From assembly GCF_009914755.1 (NCBI RefSeq), contig NC_060938.1: DNA of 64,000 nucleotides; one strand, given 5' to 3'. This document shows positions 55,018-64,000 of this stretch, one piece after another (the stretch's first letter is position 1; the number at the start of each line of letters is the position of its first letter). The DNA is from the human T2T-CHM13v2.0 reference genome, Homo sapiens. The notes below the pieces were generated by a model. It saw nothing but the letters and a program-made list of their open reading frames with translations, was not told the origin of the DNA and did not search any database. A program made the translations under genes and the position numbers.

Positions 55018-57284
55018 TGATATGGTTTGGCTGTATTCCCACCCAAATCTCATCTTGAATTCCCACATGTTGTGGGAGTTACCTGGTGGGAGGTAATTGA
55101 ATCATGGGGGCAAGTCTTTCCCATGCTGTTCTTGTGACAGTGAATGAGTCTCATGAGATCTGACAGTTTTAAAAAGAGGCATTCCCCTAAACAAGCTCTT
55201 TCATTTTTTGCCTGCCACCATCCATGTAAGATGTGACTTGCTCCTCCTTGCCTTTCACCACGATTGTGAGGCTTCCCCAGCCACATGGAACTGTAAGTCC
55301 AATTAAACCTCTTTTTTTTGTAAGTTGCTCAGTCTTGGGTATGTCTTTATCAGTAGCATGAAAACTAGTACATTAAATTGGTACCAGTAGAGTGGGGCAC
55401 TGCTGTAAAGATACCCCAAAATGTGGAAGTGACTTTGGAGCTGGGTAATAGGCAGAGGTTGGAACAGTTTGGAGGGCTCAAAAGAAGACAGGAAAATGTG
55501 GAAAAGTTTGGAACCTCCTAGAGACTTGTTGAATGGCTTTGTCCAAAATGCTGATAGTGATGTGGACAGTAAAGTCCAGATTGAGATGGTCTCAGATGGA
55601 GATGAATAACTTGTTGGGAACCGGAGTAAAGGTTACTCTTGCTATCTTTTAGCAAAGAGACTGGCAGCATTTTGCCCCTGCCCTAGAAATTTGTGGTAAT
55701 TTAAACTTGAGAGAGTATCTGGCAGAAGAAATTTCTTGAGAGAGGTATCTGGCAGAAGAAATTTCTAAGCAGCAAAGCACTCAAGATGTGACTTGGGTGC
55801 TGCTAAAGGCATTCATTTTTACAAGGGAAGTAGAGCATTAAAGTTTGGACAATTTGAGACCTGACAATGCGATAGAAAAGAAAATTCCATTTTCTGAGAA
55901 GAAATTCAAGCCGGTTGCAGAAACTTGCATAAGTAACAAGAAGCCAAATGTTAATCCCCAAGACAATGGGGAAAATGTCTCCAGGGCATGTCAGAGGTCT
56001 TCACCGCAGCCCCTCCTATCACATGCCCAGAGGCCTAAGAGGAAAAAGTGATTTCAGGGGCTGGTCCCAGGGTCCCTGTGCAGGCTAGGGACTTGGTGAC
56101 CCACATCCCAGCTGTTCCAGCCATGGCTGAGAGGGGCCAACATAGAGCTCAAGGTGTGGCTTCAGAGGGTGCAAGCCCCAAGCCTTCACAGCTTCCACAT
56201 GGTGTTAAGGCTTCAAGTGCACAGAAGTCAAGGTTTGGGAACCTCCACCTAGATTTCAGAAGATGTATGGAAACGCCTGGATGCCCAGGCAGAAGTTTGC
56301 TGCCGGGGTGGGGACCTCATGGGGAACCTCTGCTAGGGCAGTGCAGAAGGGAAATGTGGGGTGGGAGCCCACACACAAAGTCCCTACTGGGGCACCACCT
56401 AGTGGAGCTGTGAGATTAGGGACACTGTCCTCCAGACCCCAGAATGGTGGATCCACTGACAGCTTGCACTGTGCACCTGGAAAAGCTGTAGACACTCAAC
56501 ATCAGCCCATGAAAGTAGCCATGAGAGAAGCTGTACCCTGCAAAGCCACAGGGGCAGAGCTGCCCAAGACCATGGGAATCCCCCTTTTGTATCAGCATCA
56601 AAAGAGTCAAAGGAGATCATTTTGGAGCTTTAAAATTTGACTGCCCTGCTGGATTTTGGACTTGCATGGGGCCTGTAGCCCCTTTCTTTTGGCCAATTTC
56701 TCCTATTTGGAATGGCTGTATTTATGCAATGCCTGTACCCTCATTGTATCTAGAAAGTTACTAACTTGCTTTTGATTTTGCAGGCTCATAGGTAAAAGAC
56801 TTTGTACTGTGGACTTTTGAGTTAATGCTGAAATGGGTTAAGACTTTAGGGGACTTGTTGGGAAGGCATGATTGGTTTTGAAATGTGAGGACATGAGATT
56901 TGGGAGGGGCCAAGGGCAGAATAATATGGTTTGACTGTGTCCTCACCCAAATCTTATTTTGAATTCCCACATGTTGTGGGAGGGACCTGCTGAGAAGTAA
57001 CTGAAGCATGGGGGCAAGTCTTTCCTGTGCTTTTCTTGTGATAGTGAATAAGTCTCACAAAATCTGATGGTTTTAAAAAGAGGTGTTATTCCCTTACACG
57101 AGCTCTTTCATTTTTTTGCCTGCCACCATCCACGTCAGATGTGACTTGCTCCTCCTTGCCTTCTGCCATGATTGTGAGGCTTCCCTAGCCATATGGAACT
57201 GCAAGTCATGTCAAGCCTCTTTCTTTTTTAAGTTGCTCAGTCTTGGGTATATCTTTATCAGCAGTATGAAAACCAACTGATACA
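55018..57284 (+). mobile_element. Full-length THE1B MaLR provirus (LTR 55018-55372, internal, LTR 56922-57284)
   Basis: tgatatggtttggctgt...taca LTR pair, THE1 internal sequence and purine tract gggaggggccaagggcagaa before the 3' LTR; TSD aaggg/aagag. Confidence 0.93.
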
Positions 57285-58529
57285 AAGAGTATTCCTCTTT
57301 TCATTATTCCACCACTCAACATGTTGTTTAAGTAATGGCTTCTATTTATTATTATTGATAACAAAAATGAAAGCAAAGGATATAGCTTCATTTCTAGATC
57401 GTGGACAGAGTTGCTTGTAAAAGTAATTTATTTTTTGACCCTCATACTAATTAATTGATATGACAGTTATTTTACAAAGATGCTTTATTTCATCCCTTCG
57501 AGTATACTAGCAAAACACATTATCAGCCTGTTTTCTAAACTTCCACATGTTCTTTTCATACTTACAAATGTTTCCTCATTTTGTCCCCTTGTAACTATGT
57601 CTATTGTTACTCATTGCTTCTGTTTGTGAATAAGTGACTTGAGAAGCAGAGGATTTGGATTTCTAGCTCAGGCAAACATTTAAATGTAGTCTAGACAATG
57701 CAATCCAAGGAAAGTAAAAGAGCACTATGTATACTTCATTTACACCCCACCATCACTTCTACACACTAATTATATTATAAACCTGAGCATGCTGATATCC
57801 CTAATTTCTATATTTCTAAGGCTATTGTTTTTAAAACAAAAATTCTACTTTTAATATTTTTGCACAGAAGGATGTTTATTATTTAAATAAAGATACATGT
57901 TCATGATAAAATCATAAATATTATCCAGATTCTATGTAAGCAAACATTAGGAGTGTGTCATAATGGTGATGGTGGGCTACACATTATCAATTAGAGGAGG
58001 AGACATTGTTGCCATAAAGTCCTTCCACATTTCCCCCCGAAAAGGATTGACAAGTAAATGTCCAAAAAATGTTCCAGTATTCTATGCTAGTATAGTCTGT
58101 AAAGAAAAAAATATTTATTTTACTTATTTAAATTATAATTACCTCAACACAGTGTCACTTATACTTTTGTGAAAGCTCACAATTTGTGATACTGACACTC
58201 TCATGTGCACTGTCTCTGCAAAGAGGTATTTTAGATATCTTGTCCCCAAGGAAGACAATGGGACACTGCAGCTTAATTGCCTATGAAGCCCTTGCTCCCC
58301 ACCTCTAGTTTTTCGATTATTTTACTTTATCTAATGTTTTCACATTTCCTCTGCAATCTGTCATGGAGATGTCTTTGGTATGTGTTCTCCACTCTCTAGG
58401 ATGTGACTCATCCTGGCCAGGAAACTTGGAACACATTTAGAACTGCCAGCTGTTTTCTTAGGTTGTTCTACCCAATCTTGGAGTTCCTTTTCTTCTTAAC
58501 AATATTTTTTTGCTTTTTAGTGCCAGTAT

Positions 58530-59850
58530 TATTCATGATAGAGAATAAAAAATCAGGGTGCTAATCAGAAAGATATTGCAGAAGTAAAAAGCAGCATATT
58601 ATAGAGGCAAATTACATGCAAAAGTTCAGGAAATCATGGAGCTGGAGACAATTTCCAGGAATTTGGTTTATGTGGTATATCAGAGTTCTCGAGAGAAACA
58701 GAATCAATAGGATGCATGAATAGGTAAGTAGCTAGGTAGATGGATAGATGATAGAGAAAGAGATTTATTTTAAAGAACTGGTTCACATGATTATGTAGGC
58801 AGAGATGTTTCAAGATCTATACTCAGCAAGCTAGAGACCCAGGAGATTACATGGTGTAGTTTCAGTACAAGTCTGAAGCTTGAGAATCAGCGGGGAGCAG
58901 ATGGTATAGATTCCAGTCCAAGTAAAAGTTCAAAGGGAGGAGAAGACTGATGTTCTAGCTCAAAGACAATCATGTGGAGAGAGTGAATTCTCCCTTGCTC
59001 AAACTTCTCGTTCTAATCAGGCCTTCGACAGATTGGATAGGCCCACCTACATTGGGAGGACAATCTGCTTTAGTCAGTCTACTGATTGAAATGTCAGTCT
59101 CATCCAGAAACACCCTCACAGTCATACTCAGAATAATGTTTAGCCAAACATGGGGGCACCCTGTGGCCCAGTCAAGGTGACATAAAATTAACCATCACAG
59201 GTGGTCCAGTGAATTGTGATGTTTTCACAAGCAGGAAGAGAAGAAATATTGGACTTACAGACATGCACAGTGTGAGGTGGTCATGGAATATCCAGTTGGA
59301 AACATAGATTTGAGCCCAGAAAAGATTTTACATTCTAGCCTTAAATTTGGTGAGAGCTGAAGACATAGACATGGATGAAATTGCTTAGGAAGAACACATA
59401 GATCCATCGACTCCATTATGTATTGAACATCTATTATATTAAGAGTAAATAGGCACTAGAAATATAATTAACAAAATAAAGACAATTCTTACCATAAAGA
59501 AACTTAACTTCTAGGGAGGGAGAAAAAAAATCAAACAACTGAGTAAAGAAACAAAGAGATTATACCATCAAAAGTATGGTAAGTACAGAATAGAAAAAAT
59601 GTCCTATCCATAAGAAGATATAACAAGAGAATCTGACTTAATCTGGAGTAATTTGGAAGACTTCCTTGGGTGAGTGACATTTACACAAAGACCTGAAGTT
59701 TGCATAGACTAAGCAAAAAAAGGATGGCATTAGAGAGACTAAAATACAGATTTATGTCTGCAACATTGCAATGAAGAGAAGAAATGTCAAGACCCAAGAT
59801 TATAGAGGTACTTACGGTCAGCTCATTCAGGGTCTTCTAGGTAATTCGAA
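58530..59850 (-). mobile_element. L2 fragments flanking MLT2
   Basis: gaatatccagttggaa...catggatgaaattgcttagga; second L2 tail tattgaacatctattat...ttctagggaggg...ggaagacttccttgggtgagtgacattt. Confidence 0.6.
58671..59199 (-). mobile_element. MLT2 (MLT2B/C/D-like, ERVL) solo LTR
   Basis: cagagttctcgagagaaacagaatcaatagga...gattggataggcccacctacattggg...ggcccagtcaaggtgacataaaattaaccatcaca. Confidence 0.85.
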
Positions 59851-60044
59851 GGTTTAGCAGACTGAATTACTGGTCACAATTCCTCACTCCCCGGTAGTAG
59901 TATTATGCATCCATCCCTTGTCATGTCTTCACGATAAGCACAGAATACTATTTCATCGCTTGATTTTGGATTTGACCATGTGACTTTCTTTGGGAGGTAA
60001 GATGTTAGTAGATATAATATAAGCAAAAATTTGAAGTGGGCATT

Positions 60045-61401
60045 TGTGTAGATTAAAACAATTTTTCCTCTTTCCACCGAGAATACTACTGTGACCAAAT
60101 GTGTGGGAGTTTCCCCACCCCAACAGACACGCCAAGTATCTTGGCCCATTTTCTGTTGCTTACAACAGAATACCTAGAAAGGAGTAATTTATAAAGAAAA
60201 GGGATTTTTTTTTTTCTTACAGTGATAGAGGCTGAGTCCAGGGTCAAGGGGTCATATCTGGTGAGGGCATTCTTGCTGTGAAGACTCTCTGCAGAGTCCT
60301 GAGGCAGCACAGGGCATCACGTGGTGAGGGGGCTGAACATGCTTGCTCAGAGCTCTCTTTTTCTTCTTATAAAGCCACCAGGCCCATTCTTGTGATAACC
60401 CATTAGTCTATTAATCCATTAAAAGATTAATCCATTCATTTAATAATGGATTCACACATGAGGGCAGAGCCTTCATGATCCAATCAGCTCTTAAAGGCCC
60501 CACCTCTCAATATTGCCACATTGGGAATTCAGTTTCACATAAGTTTTGGAGGAGACAAACATTCAAACTGTAGCACCAAATAATCAATTCTACGGTTAAC
60601 ACTGTCTGAGTATCCTCTGATTTGGTTTAGTTCTGATGCTATTTATCTGGAGATAGCATCAGATCCCACAGGTTGAAGGCTCAGTTCTTAAGACTGTCCC
60701 CTCACAACCTTTCAGATGCCAAACAAGAGCCCCAGATTGTTGTACCCGTTTTGTACAGAACCAACCCAGATGTTGTACCAGATTGTTATAGCTTCTGGCT
60801 GACCAGCTACAAATCAGGGTTTCCACAACCTCCTCCTCAGGTTTGGTTAATTTGCTAGAGCAGCTAATAGACTTCTGGGAAACACTAACTTATGTTTACC
60901 AGCTTATTACAAAGGATATATTAAAGGTTACAAATAAATAGCTAGGTTAAGAGACACATAGGGCAAGTTCTGGAAGGATCTCAAGAACAGAAGCATCTGT
61001 CCCCATGAAGTTGGAATGCATCACCTTCCTGGCATATAAACGTCTAAGCCCCCACGTGTTCAGCTGTCTACAAGCTCTCTCCACCCAGTCCTTTCGGTTT
61101 TTATGGAAGTTTCATTACTTAAGCATTATCAATTTAATTATTGGCCACTAGTGATCAACTTGACCTTCATCCCCTCTCCCCTCCCTGGAGGCTGGATGGT
61201 GGAGCTGAGTAACTCCTCTAATCCTGCTGTGTGGTCTTTCCAGTGACCAGACTCCATCCTGAAGCTACCTAGTAGCTGTCAGTCATCAGTCAACTTATTA
61301 GCATACAAAAAGACACTTACCACTATGAAGATTTCAAAGATTTAAGGAATTGTATGTCAGAAAACTGGGGACAAGGACAAAATATATATTTTACAATATC
61401 A
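60045..61401 (-). mobile_element. MER21 (B/C-like) LTR
   Basis: tgtgaccaaatgtgtgg...ctggagatagcatcagatcccacaggttgaaggctcagt...ggttaatttgctagagcagct...aaatatatattttacaatatca. Confidence 0.8.
60137..60575 (-). mobile_element. MSTC-like solo LTR nested in MER21
   Basis: gactctctgcagagtcctgaggcagcacagggcatcac...ttataaagccacca...aaacattcaaactgtagca; TSD ccaag/ccaaa. Confidence 0.82.
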
Positions 61402-61659
61402 TTGCATGAATGGTTGGCCTTATCCTCTTGCACTTTTGTCAGCACCATGAAAAGAGTATGCACCAGCCAGGCTACTGGTCAAAGGAGGATGAGAGACTTA
61501 TGGAGACCTGGAACCAACTGCATTTGGAATGGAAGCCAGTTTAACTCTGAGGTTACCTTCAGCCAGCTTGGAGACATGAGAGTAGAGTAATGCATTGTTG
61601 TTCTCTACCACTGAGCTTTGAGATATTTTACACAGCAAAAAAATGACTAATACAGAGGC

Positions 61660-62720
61660 CTTGAAGAAAAACAATGTTTAAGAGTTAAGCTAAGGGAAAG
61701 GAACCAGAGGAGAGGAAAATACTAAAAAGAAGAAATTAGAGAGGCAGAAGGAAAATAATGAGGGAAAAAGTATTGAGGATATCGGGATTAGGGAGAATTT
61801 CAAGGCAGAAATGGTCAAATTCCACAAAGAGATCACACTGGATACAGAGTTAAAAATAAACTACTGAATTTGTAAATTATGTGTTCAATGTTTTTGAGCT
61901 TTGCCAAAACAGGTTCAGTTAGTTGGTAGAAACAGAAATCATATTGCTGTGGGTTAAAGGACAAGTGGAAAGGGAGAAAGTAGAGGCAGGATATGTAGAC
62001 CATGCTTGAGTGTTATAATTAGATGGAGGGAGGCAGGTGTCAGGGAATAACACAAAGACCACAAGAGAAAAGTTAGAGTTGAATTTGCCTCCTTTGCAAG
62101 TAGAGGAGAACCAAGTCACTCAGAAAGAGTTCGGCAGGTCTCCACAAGCTGAAAGAGGAAGGATGAAATACGAGGCCAAAGAGAGAGTTAACTCCATATG
62201 AGAAAGGATTATTTGCATTAAATTCTAATTTATTAAGGAAAGTATTATAAATTATCTCTTTGAATTGATTATTACTTTGCTTTATGTCACAAAAATATAA
62301 CAAAGTGTTTTAAGAGTCTCATAAATGCTGTGTTAGGCTTAAGATAGTGGAGCAGTCAGTTTTTTATGCACTTTTAAATGCTCGGCACTTGGCACATTTT
62401 TCTTTTCCCCGAGGTGATGACTTGAAGAGGAGGCATAGTCAAAAGAATTGCTTTTAGAATGAAGATATTTTGAACAGGTTTCTAGTTTTAAGAGAAATTT
62501 TGGTGGAGAGAGAGTGCAAGAGTGACAAATCTATGAAACAGAATTAGACCAAGAGCTTCAGAAAGAAGTAGAACTACCTCCTCCTCCGACTGAGTAGGTA
62601 GGTAACCTGGAATGAAGATGAGGTTGAGGGGTAGAAACTGAAGGCAGAAAGACTTCCTTCCTGTTGACTGCTACTTTCTCTGAAACAGTGAAGATGGATC
62701 ATCTGCAAGAGTGAAAGGAT
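61660..62720 (-). mobile_element. L2 fragments
   Basis: ttcaaggcagaaatggtcaaat...caggttcagttagttggt...ctgtgggttaaagg...gaaagtagaggcagg...tgtagac; ggatcatctgcaagagtga. Confidence 0.55.
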
Positions 62721-62907
62721 GGTAGACATACACCTTCTGTAATCGCCTTCTTGTTCCAAATATAATTTTAAGACAAAAGTTTTCCCCGTAGCAACTTTTA
62801 CATGTCTCAGTTCAGTTTCTATTTTAACTTTTATTATAACCCTTCCTAACTTAATCTAAAATTCATAAATATAACATGAAGAATAAATTGATAAAATTGT
62901 GAAAGGC

Positions 62908-63645
<738 letters not shown>

Positions 63646-63647
63646 GC

Positions 63648-64000
63648 TGTTATATAAACGAGCCAAAGATTGCCTCTGTATATACGTCAGTTTGTTCATT
63701 TCTTCACTGCAGGCTGAGACCCATTAGTTCAAAAGCCCACTAGCACCAACCTTAAACTTGACATATCCAATTGTTTCAAAAATACAGATTTTTAACTGTT
63801 TAGAGTCTGCCTGCTTTGCATACCCTGTGAAACCTTACCTGACAGCTGTTACCCATTGATAAGGTAAAACATTGTGGTTACAAAACCAAACTGCTATGGC
63901 CCTTTGGAGGTCTCTGACCCAGAGACCTCTGTCAGATTGCTGAGTGACATCACTTATATAGGAAGCACCGTTTCCGATCTTGCTCTCACCCAGGGATTCC
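63648..64000 (+). mobile_element. ERVL-type LTR (MER74-like), runs off window
   Basis: tgttat...ttcttcactgcaggctgagacccattagttcaaaagcccactagcacc...ctgcctgctttgcataccc. Confidence 0.6.

Larger units (their letters stand above)
59853..61654 (+). mobile_element. MLT1I/J-like LTR (split; hosts MER21 and MSTC)
   Basis: Left part ...gaccatgtgactttctttggg...gatgttagtaga...ttgaagtgggca; right part ggccttatcctcttgcactt...accatgaaaagagtatgc...ccactgagctttg...gactaataca. Confidence 0.7.

Overview
Primate (human-like; AluY present) AT-rich genomic DNA. By my coordinate tally roughly 70% is interspersed repeat: LINE-1 of many ages (one near-full-length L1PA15/16-like and one full-length L1MA2-like), L2, L3/CR1, MIR, Alu (J, S, Y), MaLR/ERV elements (two full MaLR proviruses; solo THE1A, MER41A, MER4B, LTR8, MLT, MER21, MSTC LTRs) and DNA-transposon fossils (Tigger2a, Tigger3b, MER5A, a Hsmar1 TIR). 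I cannot support any protein-coding gene. Most supplied ORFs are decayed L1 ORF1/ORF2 fragments or chance frames in repeats, and the rest are unrecognisable. I found no evidence of a new multi-gene biological system. The notable structure is mutational. (i) A 1.49-kb non-L1, poly(A)-tailed insert with a perfect 14-bp TSD lies inside an L1 5'UTR (retrocopy or orphan transduction). (ii) A 92-bp templated copy of the L1 ORF1 end is pasted in-frame into ORF2 of the same element. (iii) A perfect 21-bp hairpin was created inside an Alu, probably by template switching. (iv) A 76-bp MER21-derived insert is flanked by a 9-bp duplication. (v) There is also a twin-primed L1 inversion and several multi-layer nested insertions with readable TSDs. 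Subfamily names come from recalled consensus features and need RepeatMasker/Dfam confirmation.
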